A stretch of DNA of 32,000 nt from Candidatus Saganbacteria bacterium (GTDB lineage: Bacteria > Margulisbacteria > WOR-1 > JAKLHX01): the NCBI GenBank assembly GCA_026387835.1, contig JAPLKZ010000004.1, positions 16,234 through 48,233 of the forward strand. Direction: 5' to 3'. The translations under genes were made by a program, and so were the position numbers. Numbering within the stretch: position 1 is the first letter of the stretch; every line of letters starts with the position of its first letter. Shown here in pieces: positions 9,166 to 18,396 of this stretch. The notes under the pieces are model-generated. The model was not told the DNA's origin, searched no databases, and saw nothing but the letters and a program-made list of their open reading frames with translations.

Positions 9166-10411
9166 ACAAGGATCCTGCTTCGATCCTCTCCCAGCCGCTG
9201 TAGCCTCTGGATTTGACCCATAACTGCTTTAGTGAAGGGACAGCGACGATCTGGTAAAATGTCGCGTAGATGCTGTCATCCGGGAATGTTGGGCCGCCTA
9301 AGGGAATCGTCGTATCAAGGATATCCATCATCTTCTGGGCATTGATCGATCCTTTATTTGCATTTCCCAGTGCCAGGAGGTTTGCCCTGCGCTCAAGAGT
9401 GTATCCTCCGGCAAGTCCCGCCGCAACTGTCGGAAGCCCGGTCCACCTCGGGTCGACAAAATGATTTGAGGTCGATAAAAGCCCCGGTGTATCTGCACCC
9501 CTTCTCTTGCCTCCGTAGGTCGCCCATTCATAAGAAAAAGCATCATTTGTACCGGCGGCGTTTATGATCAGTCCCATATTGGTCTGTGTGGCATCAAAAG
9601 CCGCATTGATGCCGTCAAGTGTGCTTTGCTCCAGCATGACAGAAAAAAGCTTCATCGAAGTCGGGATCATCGAAGGATCTGTATGAGGATCGGATACCTG
9701 GCCGTTCTGCAGGTCGATGAAAAGTCCCGCATCGTTCAATAGTGTCTGCGGGGCTATCGAGCCGAGATAGTTGATGTCTACGACGCTGTGGCTGTATCCC
9801 GTCGGATTGTAGACGACGACCGTCACGTATTTTGAAAGGTTTGAAAAAGGCCCCTTTGCCGTATCCCAGTTCCTGCCGAATACGAGCGCTCCGTCAGTCG
9901 TGTAGTCCCCCCATGCGGCGATGCCTGAACACCCGAACAGCATGCCCATGAGCCCGGATACTATCTTCTGTTTTTCAAGGCCCAGGCCTGAAGTCTCGGC
10001 CATGCCGTTGATCAGGTCTTTCATGTAATCGTACTGGACATCATATTCCACCTGCCCCATGGCGGCCACAGCCTCATAAGAGGCGCCGTGCGCCGTAAAA
10101 TAATCCATCCCATTCTGGTATATTTCGGCAAGCATGGTCCTTGTAAGGAAGCCGTACTGCATGCCCATTTCATAAAAAGTCCCCTTCAGCTGCACTACAT
10201 ATAATTGGTTGACTCCCGGGGCCGTATTGGTCACATAAAGTTTCCCGTCATCGTACGAAGACACCAGCTGGAGTCCTGGTATCGATGAGGCCCCCGTGTT
10301 AAAAAGATTGCCGCAACCGGAGCACGTCAGCGTAAAAATAAATAAAATGAGAAAGAAAAAAGTTTTTCTGTTCACTTGTTGTATTATTGCGTAATACATA
10401 AATGGTGTCAA
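9152..10411 (-). CDS. Predicted lipoprotein, C45 / acyltransferase-type NTN-hydrolase-like; start may be GTG near 10375
   Basis: Signal/lipobox FFFLILFIFTLTCSGCG. Candidate nucleophile context LFGCSGIAAWGDYTTDGALVFGRNWD. Later segment GSIAPQTLLNDAGLFIDLQNG. Confidence 0.65.
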   Translation of the reverse strand: MTPFMYYAIIQQVNRKTFFFLILFIFTLTCSGCGNLFNTGASSIPGLQLVSSYDDGKLYVTNTAPGVNQLYVVQLKGTFYEMGMQYGFLTRTMLAEIYQNGMDYFTAHGASYEAVAAMGQVEYDVQYDYMKDLINGMAETSGLGLEKQKIVSGLMGMLFGCSGIAAWGDYTTDGALVFGRNWDTAKGPFSNLSKYVTVVVYNPTGYSHSVVDINYLGSIAPQTLLNDAGLFIDLQNGQVSDPHTDPSMIPTSMKLFSVMLEQSTLDGINAAFDATQTNMGLIINAAGTNDAFSYEWATYGGKRRGADTPGLLSTSNHFVDPRWTGLPTVAAGLAGGYTLERRANLLALGNANKGSINAQKMMDILDTTIPLGGPTFPDDSIYATFYQIVAVPSLKQLWVKSRGYSGWERIEAGSLFESR

Positions 10412-10488
10412 GATATTGAAATACTTGATATTGCGGGCGTATAATATTTTGAATGCAATACCAGGAATACAAATATAATAAGAAAATC

Positions 10489-11121
10489 ATGAAGGCCTGG
10501 CTATTTAAGAAAAAAATAACCGCTTTTATTTTCTGCGCTTTATTCCTGACCATGATCGTGACAGGCTGCGGTCAGATAGTGTCAACCACTAGTGAAGGGC
10601 GGGAGTATTTTCCGAATACCGATGGCTTCAGCTGGACCTATCGCAGTCTATCCAGCGCCACAACCGAAGTCTCTATTCTGCGCACCGGCTTTGATGGTTT
10701 CTCGACAGTTGGCAGCCAAATAGTACAGAAACAAAAGAATGAGACTTTCAGAGGTTCACTGATCGAAACCTCGGAAAGCCTGGTCAGAGTAACTGACTCG
10801 GACGTTAAAGACTATGGTTCGCCGGATTATGTGAAAACCCAACCGTCAAACATGCTCGTTTTTCCTCTTTTTGTCGGAGCAAGTTGGTATACCGATGGGA
10901 CCATCGAAACAACCGTTGTAAATAAGGAAGATGTCACAACCCCGGCCGCGAACTACACCAATTGTTTTAAGCTAAGGACAATCAACCCTTCTTCAGCCAG
11001 GATCGTCACCGTAGATATGTGGCTTGCCAAAAACGTTGGCGTTGTTAAGATCCTTATAAACCTGGACATTGGCACTGCCACTCTGATCACCACGATCGAA
11101 CTAACCAGCAAGAACTTCTGA
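10489..11121 (+). CDS. Predicted small lipoprotein (ORF open from 10453; start at 10489 preferred)
   Basis: MKAWLFKKKITAFIFCALFLTMIVTGCGQ resembles a lipoprotein signal peptide. The rest of the protein is beta-rich with no recognised family. Confidence 0.6.
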   Translation: MKAWLFKKKITAFIFCALFLTMIVTGCGQIVSTTSEGREYFPNTDGFSWTYRSLSSATTEVSILRTGFDGFSTVGSQIVQKQKNETFRGSLIETSESLVRVTDSDVKDYGSPDYVKTQPSNMLVFPLFVGASWYTDGTIETTVVNKEDVTTPAANYTNCFKLRTINPSSARIVTVDMWLAKNVGVVKILINLDIGTATLITTIELTSKNF

Positions 11122-11286
11122 TGTGAAAGTCATCAAACTTTATTTGCCGACCAGAAAGCAACCCGTCCCGTAAACCAGTGCGTGCGGAACGGCCCCATAC
11201 ATCAGCTTCGCTCAGTGATTTGTGGCGGTTAAATTGCTCATAAGACAGCTATAAGCTGTAAGCTTTAAGCTAAAAAGGAGGTATTT

Positions 11287-11871
11287 ATGCCTAAAAGTGC
11301 AATTATTAAGCAGAGGTTAAAGAATATAGGTGTTGAAAAATCCAACAATCTGATAATTTCAGCCGAAAGTATAGAAGGAAAGATATTTCTGAGCAGAGGT
11401 AGAAAAGTAATACTTGATGCAGATCTTGCATCATTTTACGGGGTATCTACCGGACGTTTAAATGAACAGGTGAAACGCAATATTAAAAGGTTTCCTGAGG
11501 ATTTTATGTTTCAGCTGACCCAGAACGAATACTTATCATTGCAAGATCTTTCTCCCGACTTGATATCGCAAAATGCGATGTCAAGTTATGGCGGCAGGAG
11601 ACATTACCCATTCGTATTTACTGAACAGGGAATAGCCATGCTTTCCGGCATTTTAAACAGCGAACGTGCCATCATGGTCAACATCGCCATTATGCGTGCG
11701 TTCGTGAAAATAAGACAGATAGTTTCTTTTAATAAGGAACTCGCACAAAAGTTTGCCGAGCTAGAACGCACGGTCGACCGTCATGACAAGGATATTATTG
11801 ATATCTTCAGGGCAATAAATAAAATAATAAAAGAAGAACAGAAGCCGAAGGCGAAGTTCGGGTTTATATAG
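11287..11871 (+). CDS. ORF6N domain-containing DNA-binding protein
   Basis: GRKVILDADLASFYGVSTGRLNEQVKRNIKRFPEDFMFQLT and SSYGGRRHYPFVFTEQGIAMLSGILNSERAI are canonical ORF6N. aaaaggag RBS upstream. Confidence 0.9.
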   Translation: MPKSAIIKQRLKNIGVEKSNNLIISAESIEGKIFLSRGRKVILDADLASFYGVSTGRLNEQVKRNIKRFPEDFMFQLTQNEYLSLQDLSPDLISQNAMSSYGGRRHYPFVFTEQGIAMLSGILNSERAIMVNIAIMRAFVKIRQIVSFNKELAQKFAELERTVDRHDKDIIDIFRAINKIIKEEQKPKAKFGFI

Positions 11872-11895
11872 GGGGGATACATCCCTGACTGTGTT

Positions 11896-12450
11896 TCAAG
11901 TATGTTTCTTCCCCTGTGCTATCCTCGGCATCCATCTTGGGACCTGTTCCATGTACTCCGAGTAATCTTTGCCGTATTTATTAAGCAGCAGTTTTTCTTC
12001 ATAGGCCGCGGCATAGTTATACCAGACCGCCGCAACGGCTGTCAGGAAAAAGGAAGCCATAGAAAAAGTGATGATTGACAGTCCCGCATACAGCAATATC
12101 GAACCTAAATATATTGGATGGCGCACATAAGCAAAAGGCCCCTGTCTTATTACCGAAGGGACCTCTCTTGTCTGAACGAAAACAATATTCAGCGCGCTTT
12201 TTGTCAGATATAGCCACAGGCATAACAACAATATCCCGCACAGGGCCCTAAGCAGTAACGGAACGCCTGCTGCAGCGGATGTTGTCATGTGGAGGAAGAA
12301 CGAGTCTGTTATCCATACGATAAGGAACACAATGATCATGGCGACCTGGACAGGATCGTTCAACGGATGCTCACCCGCAAGATCTTTCCTACCGGCCTGA
12401 TCAGATCTGCTATATATCTTTTTAAGCGGACTGTCTTCTGTTGTGTTCAT
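11896..12450 (-). CDS. Isoprenylcysteine carboxyl methyltransferase / PEMT-like membrane methyltransferase
   Basis: Hydrophobic segments plus GPFAYVRHPIYLGSILLYAG and EEKLLLNKYGKDYSEYMEQVPRWMP. Confidence 0.75.
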   Translation of the reverse strand: MNTTEDSPLKKIYSRSDQAGRKDLAGEHPLNDPVQVAMIIVFLIVWITDSFFLHMTTSAAAGVPLLLRALCGILLLCLWLYLTKSALNIVFVQTREVPSVIRQGPFAYVRHPIYLGSILLYAGLSIITFSMASFFLTAVAAVWYNYAAAYEEKLLLNKYGKDYSEYMEQVPRWMPRIAQGKKHT

Positions 12451-12667
12451 CTCTTTGATTTTACATTAGTGCTCAATGGAGGGCAAGGTTTGACAATGCC
12501 ACCGGATTATATGAAAGCTAGTTTTTTAATTTGGGATTATCATATAACAAAAAAACGCCCTCTGGTGCGAACTCATGCTCAAATGCTTGGTTCGGAACGT
12601 CTGCCTTTTAACAAGGCTCCGACACCTTCAGGCGCAAATAAAATTATAGATCTGCCGCAAATGACTG

Positions 12668-13036
12668 TCAATCAGTATTCTTTGAATATTTGGTAAACAT
12701 ATTTGACGGTACTTTAACCCCGAAAGATTCGTGTTCATATCCCTGTTTGTCCACTCTCGTTAAATACAGGTGAATATGTTTGGTGTTCGATTCAATCGGT
12801 GTAATAGCACCTTTCTGCATAAAACCTTGCGCCATTTTCTCAAATATCTTCTCTTCCTCTTTATCCATAATTTTCTCCTCATTGGCTTTGGGGGGACGCG
12901 CATTTCCCCCATCAATGACTCCCGAAGGAGGCTTGGCAGACCGCTTCCTAACCTTCAAAGCCTTATAATAGTATACAATATTTTTACTAAACTCGATGAC
13001 ATCATTTGCCGGAGGGACGGTTGCCCCCATTTGCAA
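12668..13036 (-). CDS. Small hypothetical protein; start uncertain (listed start is TTG)
   Basis: Same strand and close to the preceding operon gene. The charged segment MDKEEEKIFEKMAQGFMQKG is protein-like. The gene call itself is uncertain. Confidence 0.4.
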   Translation of the reverse strand: MQMGATVPPANDVIEFSKNIVYYYKALKVRKRSAKPPSGVIDGGNARPPKANEEKIMDKEEEKIFEKMAQGFMQKGAITPIESNTKHIHLYLTRVDKQGYEHESFGVKVPSNMFTKYSKNTD

Positions 13037-13053
13037 CCCCTAACCGTTCATTT

Positions 13054-14085
13054 TCATTTGGCACTATTCAACCCTCCTCTTCCTGCTGCCTGATATAACT
13101 CCTGAAATGTAAAACTTCTTGCACCCATAGCCCCATGTATTCCAAGTTTCCCCTTAGATATTGGCGTCAGAAATGCCTGGAATGGTTCCCCTAATAACAA
13201 GATCATCAATTCAGGGCTTCTGGTTTCATTGTATATTTCCTTTACAGCTTCTTTGTATTTATTGTGCCCTTTAGACTTTAAATATTCTTTTATTCCACTT
13301 CTTCTTAATACCTGAATATCTAATATTGGCGCTATCCAGGCTATTCCCGGCTCTATTTTTATCATTGATCTTTCTGCGAAGTCCTTTGGTGCACGACCAG
13401 TTAAATATGGAGCAAAATACATATTCCCCTGAGCCGACTTGAAGAATTTTGTTTGACTTTTATAAATATGATACTTAAAGAACAATTCAACTGAATCACC
13501 TTGTAGATCCCTCACATATACTTCCTTACGTTTTTTACTGCTCATATTATTTACCTCCATATAATTTTTAAATTCTTTTGCTATGTAATAAGCTGATTCA
13601 TCGATCGCTTTTGAGCTTTTGAATCTTAACAATTTAACGAATTCCTTATGAATGTCACTCCATGTAACATATTTTATCTCAACTCTCTTGGGAAGGCCCT
13701 CTTTAATATCTCGAATCCAACTCGTTGATTTATAAGAACCGTAATCGAGTAAATATAATGTCGTTCTTTTTTTACTTTTAACAATATTTTTAATATATCT
13801 TGCAATTTGTCTTTTCCTTTGTTTAAAATCGAGCTTTGCCTCAATGATGATATTTCTTCTGTCGGTCTCCATCACGATATCGTAGCGATCACTCTTTTGT
13901 GCGAAGTGCTCAATTCTTATCTTTATTATATGTTCTCTCTTTTCAAGAAAGATATTACCAATGCGATCTGGGAACATTTTTATAAAATATGCTATATAAG
14001 CGGTTAAGTTCGTCTCCTTCAGCTCACTTACTGCTGAAAAGAAGTTGTTTATATTTTCGGAGCCTCTTGTAAGTTCAATCGGCAT
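13054..14085 (-). CDS. PD-(D/E)XK nuclease-like protein
   Basis: DRYDIVMETDRRNIIIEAKLDFKQRKRQIARYIK gives the D-x(n)-ExK pattern. Start overlaps the end of hsdR by 11 nt. Confidence 0.6.
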   Translation of the reverse strand: MPIELTRGSENINNFFSAVSELKETNLTAYIAYFIKMFPDRIGNIFLEKREHIIKIRIEHFAQKSDRYDIVMETDRRNIIIEAKLDFKQRKRQIARYIKNIVKSKKRTTLYLLDYGSYKSTSWIRDIKEGLPKRVEIKYVTWSDIHKEFVKLLRFKSSKAIDESAYYIAKEFKNYMEVNNMSSKKRKEVYVRDLQGDSVELFFKYHIYKSQTKFFKSAQGNMYFAPYLTGRAPKDFAERSMIKIEPGIAWIAPILDIQVLRRSGIKEYLKSKGHNKYKEAVKEIYNETRSPELMILLLGEPFQAFLTPISKGKLGIHGAMGARSFTFQELYQAAGRGGLNSAK

Positions 14086-17056
14086 TCTTCGTCACCTTTT
14101 TACTTACATAATCGAACAATTTCTGATTAACATATTCCTTCAAATCAATATTAGAGTCAAGCTTTTTATAGAAATCAAAATGCTGATTCAACATATTGAT
14201 CAGCTCCTGTTGAAAGATTTCATCAAACTTTATCTTTGCTACATCACGGGCATTGTTTTGTATGGATCCGCTCAATGATTCATTGTCTAATAGCTTTTTC
14301 CCTAAATTGTTCAATATAACCCTATCGTCTGTGCTAAAAGTTGTCCCAAATTTATCGTTAATATCCTTAATGATCCTCGAAAGCATGTCCAATTCATCCT
14401 GAGATTTGCCTCGCCCTGCTCCTTCAATTGGCCTGATCAACCCCTGTTCATCTTCAAGGAATATCCTGGTTTCTTTATCTTTGATGACCTTATATGATTC
14501 CATGTCAATACTTTGAAGTATTTCCCATGGAAGAGGATTCTTCCTCGCCGGCAATTTCTTATACAGATTCCTAAGAAAGATATAAAGTTTCTCAAGCCTC
14601 GTATCCTCAAAGGTTATTATTTGCGCGATAAACGCGTATTTTCTTATATAATCAATGAACTTGACGCGCATATCATCCTGTTCCTCCGGCAGATAATGCG
14701 CAAATCTCTCCGCAACAACATCAAGGAAACTGTTTAATTGGGCCGGACTTTTTCCTAGATAAAGCAACTCCACAAAGTTATCAATCTCGGCTTCGCTAAA
14801 TAGCCTGAAATTTAATATATCTCTTTGCAGATCGTGTAATAAATTGGGGTCCGTAGATTCCGAAAGGACGGTTGACACATAATAGGGCTGAAAAGATTCT
14901 TTAATATCGTCAGTATCGTTGACGAAATCCAGGACAAATACCTCATCTTTGTTAGGACATACCCTGTTTAATCGGCTTAATGTTTGCACAGCGTTTACTC
15001 CGCCAAGCTTTTTATCAACATACATAACCGAAAGCAGAGGTTGATCAAAGCCCGTTTGGAACTTATCCGCGCATATCAAGAATTTATATTCAGATTTTTT
15101 GAACTCTTCAGCCGTGTTCTTTTCAGGGATGCCGCCGTTCATCTGTTGTTCGGCATATTCAAGCTTACCGTCCTTCACCTTTCCCGAAAATGCCACCAAA
15201 GCTTTAAAGGGGTATCCTTTTTCTTTCAAATATTTATCCATGGCGATTTTAAATCGCACTGCATGCAGTCTCGATCTTGTTACTATCATTGCTTTTGCGT
15301 TGCCGTTTATCTGATGTGAAATATTTTTGGCAAAATGATCGGATATTATCGAAACCTTCTTATTTATTGCGTGCTCATGCTTCTCAACATAATTTAGAAG
15401 CATGCGCTGAGCTTTTTTCTTTTCATATTCAGGATCGTTCTCAATCTTCTTAATCAATGAGAAATAGACCTGGTATGTCGTGTAATTTTTTAACACATCA
15501 AGGATAAAGCCCTCCTCGATCGCCTGTTTCATCGAATAAAGACTAAAAGGATAGAATTTATTGTCAACAGGGCTCTTATCGCCGAAAACCTCAAGTGTCT
15601 TTTGTTTTGGAGTGGCTGTAAAGGCAAAAAAGCTTATTGTATTGGATTTTGATCTTCTTCCCCGCATTTCTTTGAGGATCATGTCTTCAAGTGTTTCTTC
15701 TTTGCTTGTATCATCCTCTCTTTCCGCCTCTTCCAGGGTCTCTTCTTCGTTTTCTTTACCCGAAGATTTGAGCACTATTTTCAGCCCTTTTGAGCTTTCT
15801 CCGCTTTGGGAGGAATGGGCTTCGTCAATTATCACGGCAAACTTTTTCCCGGGCAATTCATCGACAACTCCAACGATGAAAGGGAATTTTTGCAATGTTG
15901 TAGTTATAATCTTTTCACCGGCTTCAAGTGCTTCCTTTAATTCTTTTGAACCTTCTATTATCGGCTTTACCACACCGGCTGTCTGTTCAAACTGCATTAT
16001 TGTATTGCGCAGCTGCCTGTCTAAGACTCTTCTGTCTGTAACAACTATTACAGAATCAAATACTTTCTGATCTTCGCTATTGTGAAGCGCGGAAAGTCGG
16101 TGAGCTGTCCATGCGATCGTATTGCTTTTTCCGCTTCCCGCACTATGCTGGATTAGATAGTTTTTGCCAGCCCCGTTTTCTCTTGAATCCGCCACAAGCC
16201 TTTTAACCGTATCCAGCTGATGATATCTTGGAAAAATTAATGTCTCTTCCGTATATTTTTTGCCTTTTTGGTCTTCCTTCTCATCCTTTTGAATGTTCAC
16301 GAACCGGCCTACGAGCTCAAGAATGCTATCAGGAGATAACACTTCTTCCCAAAAGTAATGCGTTTTATATTTGCCTTCCGCGACAGGGTTTCCGGCGGAA
16401 TTATTATTGCCCTTATTGAATGGCAGGAATCTGGTCCTTAATCCCTCGAGCTTCGTTGTCATAAATACGACCTCAGTATCAACCGCGAAATGAGTCAGGC
16501 ATCGTTTGAATGAAAGAAGCTTTTCTCTCGGATCACGGTCTGTTTTGTACTGCATTATGCCATTCTTTACCGATTGGCCCGTCAACTGATTCTTGAGTTC
16601 TATCGTGAATATGGGCAATCCATTAATAAAGATCACCATATCTATTGAATTTTCGTTCTTTTCACTATATTTCAATTGCCGGACAACACTAAAGATGTTG
16701 GAATTATACTTTTGCAGTGTCTCTTCATTCAGCTTTGTTTCCGGCTTGAAATACGCGAGGTCAAATTTAATCCCATGATCATTTATTCCGCTGCGGAGCA
16801 CTTCCAATATCCCCCGCGCCCTTATTTCCTCGTCCAACCTCTTAAAAAACCGATTTTCCGCATCTTCCCCATGCTGATCAAGCAGTTTCTTCCATTCTTT
16901 ACTCTGTGTTTTCTTGATAAACCCGATGACTGTATCTTTGTCAAAACAAATCGCTTTATCAAAGTCGCCTGGTTTCAGTTTGCAATATGACTGGCTACTA
17001 ATAAGATGTTTTTCAATAAATTCTTCGAAACCGAGTTCTTTTGTATTAGTTATCAT
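14075..17056 (-). CDS. hsdR: Type I restriction endonuclease subunit R
   Basis: SIDMVIFINGLPIFTIELKNQLTG nuclease core. QHSAGSGKSNTIAW Walker A, IIDEAHSSQSG motif II, ADKFQTGFDQPLLSVMYVDKKLGGVNAVQTLSRLNR helicase motifs. Confidence 0.95.
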   Translation of the reverse strand: MITNTKELGFEEFIEKHLISSQSYCKLKPGDFDKAICFDKDTVIGFIKKTQSKEWKKLLDQHGEDAENRFFKRLDEEIRARGILEVLRSGINDHGIKFDLAYFKPETKLNEETLQKYNSNIFSVVRQLKYSEKNENSIDMVIFINGLPIFTIELKNQLTGQSVKNGIMQYKTDRDPREKLLSFKRCLTHFAVDTEVVFMTTKLEGLRTRFLPFNKGNNNSAGNPVAEGKYKTHYFWEEVLSPDSILELVGRFVNIQKDEKEDQKGKKYTEETLIFPRYHQLDTVKRLVADSRENGAGKNYLIQHSAGSGKSNTIAWTAHRLSALHNSEDQKVFDSVIVVTDRRVLDRQLRNTIMQFEQTAGVVKPIIEGSKELKEALEAGEKIITTTLQKFPFIVGVVDELPGKKFAVIIDEAHSSQSGESSKGLKIVLKSSGKENEEETLEEAEREDDTSKEETLEDMILKEMRGRRSKSNTISFFAFTATPKQKTLEVFGDKSPVDNKFYPFSLYSMKQAIEEGFILDVLKNYTTYQVYFSLIKKIENDPEYEKKKAQRMLLNYVEKHEHAINKKVSIISDHFAKNISHQINGNAKAMIVTRSRLHAVRFKIAMDKYLKEKGYPFKALVAFSGKVKDGKLEYAEQQMNGGIPEKNTAEEFKKSEYKFLICADKFQTGFDQPLLSVMYVDKKLGGVNAVQTLSRLNRVCPNKDEVFVLDFVNDTDDIKESFQPYYVSTVLSESTDPNLLHDLQRDILNFRLFSEAEIDNFVELLYLGKSPAQLNSFLDVVAERFAHYLPEEQDDMRVKFIDYIRKYAFIAQIITFEDTRLEKLYIFLRNLYKKLPARKNPLPWEILQSIDMESYKVIKDKETRIFLEDEQGLIRPIEGAGRGKSQDELDMLSRIIKDINDKFGTTFSTDDRVILNNLGKKLLDNESLSGSIQNNARDVAKIKFDEIFQQELINMLNQHFDFYKKLDSNIDLKEYVNQKLFDYVSKKVTKNAD

Positions 17057-17415
17057 TAGCCCACATCCAAAGGATGATAATTTTGCTTATTAATACCTTT
17101 CAATTGAGTATTCAGCTTGCTTCTTTCGTCTGCTGACATATTATCAATCCACACACCAAATTTAATCCTACTAACAGTAGAATTCTTATTATCTCGATTT
17201 ATGTCCCCGCCTGCTTCAACAAACTGCAATACTTTCACCCCTGCCTTCCCGGACTTTGAGGTTGTTTCTTCAACTGATACCGCAATATCAAATTCTACAT
17301 GTCGATTTTCTGGACTTCCGTATATTTCGATTATTTGATGTGCTTCTATTGTAGCCTCCTTAACTGCCGAAGTTATATCCACTAGCACTTTCTTGATAAA
17401 TTCTTTAAGTTCCAT
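17056..17415 (-). CDS. Small Trypco2-like (trypsin-co-occurring domain 2) protein
   Basis: Short protein with helical N-term then VEFDIAVSVEETTSKSGKAGVKVLQFVEAGG...STVSRIKFGVWI, which resembles the Trypco2 pattern. Stop overlaps the hsdR start codon (TAATG). Confidence 0.5.
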   Translation of the reverse strand: MELKEFIKKVLVDITSAVKEATIEAHQIIEIYGSPENRHVEFDIAVSVEETTSKSGKAGVKVLQFVEAGGDINRDNKNSTVSRIKFGVWIDNMSADERSKLNTQLKGINKQNYHPLDVG

Positions 17416-18391
17416 GATTATTGATCTCCTTTTGTTTTGCTAAGTATGACAGAACAAAGTCCTTCCATTTTTCGTACCAGTACCATCTGTCTGGTAATTG
17501 AAAACCATATCCTTTTGATGTCTCCTTTGCATTATGTTGTTTCCATATTCTATAGTGTTTTGCAATATTAAAATCATCGAATCCTGCCTTATGAGCTTCT
17601 TCAACGATATTTTTAGGCAAGTACTTCCTTTTCTCAGTTTCCTCTTTAACCCAGTATTCTCTCTTGATATTTTCGGCAAGGGGTGATTTAGGATCAAGAA
17701 ATTCAATTACTCGATCAGCCTGCCCTGCTCTTTTTGCTATGACCTTTGTAAATAATATTCTATAGGCATATCTTTCGCTTATGATTTGATCTTCAGATAA
17801 TGTACTATCAAATTTAGCTATATATGATTTTATCTCCTGTGGTATTTTATTGTCTTTATCCCTAATAGTTTTTGATTGTGAATAATCAAGCTCAGCAAAT
17901 TGCAAGCTCAATGCCAACATATTGTCCAATCCATGTCTATCACCGAATAGTTTTTTGATGTAATAGTTAAAGTTTATTGCACACGCCTGATATCTAGCAG
18001 ATAGGTACGAATCCAAATGGTTAGCTTTCCTATGCTCAATTTGATTTCTTAACCCTATTAGAAATTTGAGATTATTAGTCGTGTCAACATCAAGAGGGCG
18101 GTTTTCTTCATCGAGACAACTTGTTAAATCCCAATATTTAACACTACCATCTTTATTCTTTTTAAACTTTTTCCTTTTGTTTCTCTTCTCATAATATCTG
18201 TAATCTATCGATTTACTCCTATAGTACGCGTGAAGAAGATATGTCCAGGCAATCATGAAGAGCACAATAAAAGACTCCGACTTAAATGTTGTTAGAGGAT
18301 TGTTATATATTTGAACAGCAGCCAGAGCAGATTCTCTCGCTTTATTGATTAAATCAACTTTTTCGGAATACAGATGTCTTTCCTTTGACAT
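17405..18391 (-). CDS. DUF3644 domain-containing protein, HEPN-like RxxxxH motif
   Basis: KARESALAAVQIYNNPLTTFKSESFIVLFMIAWTYLLHAYY is typical of DUF3644. RNQIEH motif at ~18032-18049. Confidence 0.8.
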   Translation of the reverse strand: MSKERHLYSEKVDLINKARESALAAVQIYNNPLTTFKSESFIVLFMIAWTYLLHAYYRSKSIDYRYYEKRNKRKKFKKNKDGSVKYWDLTSCLDEENRPLDVDTTNNLKFLIGLRNQIEHRKANHLDSYLSARYQACAINFNYYIKKLFGDRHGLDNMLALSLQFAELDYSQSKTIRDKDNKIPQEIKSYIAKFDSTLSEDQIISERYAYRILFTKVIAKRAGQADRVIEFLDPKSPLAENIKREYWVKEETEKRKYLPKNIVEEAHKAGFDDFNIAKHYRIWKQHNAKETSKGYGFQLPDRWYWYEKWKDFVLSYLAKQKEINNHGT

Positions 18392-18396
18392 TCCCC

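Noticed and set aside
12289-12696. 135-aa + strand ORF
   Set aside because: It mostly overlaps the minus-strand methyltransferase and has no recognised domain. Only its tail is considered as a possible remnant.
15561-16070. 169-aa ORF opposite hsdR
   Set aside because: Serine-rich antisense translation of a well-supported hsdR gene.
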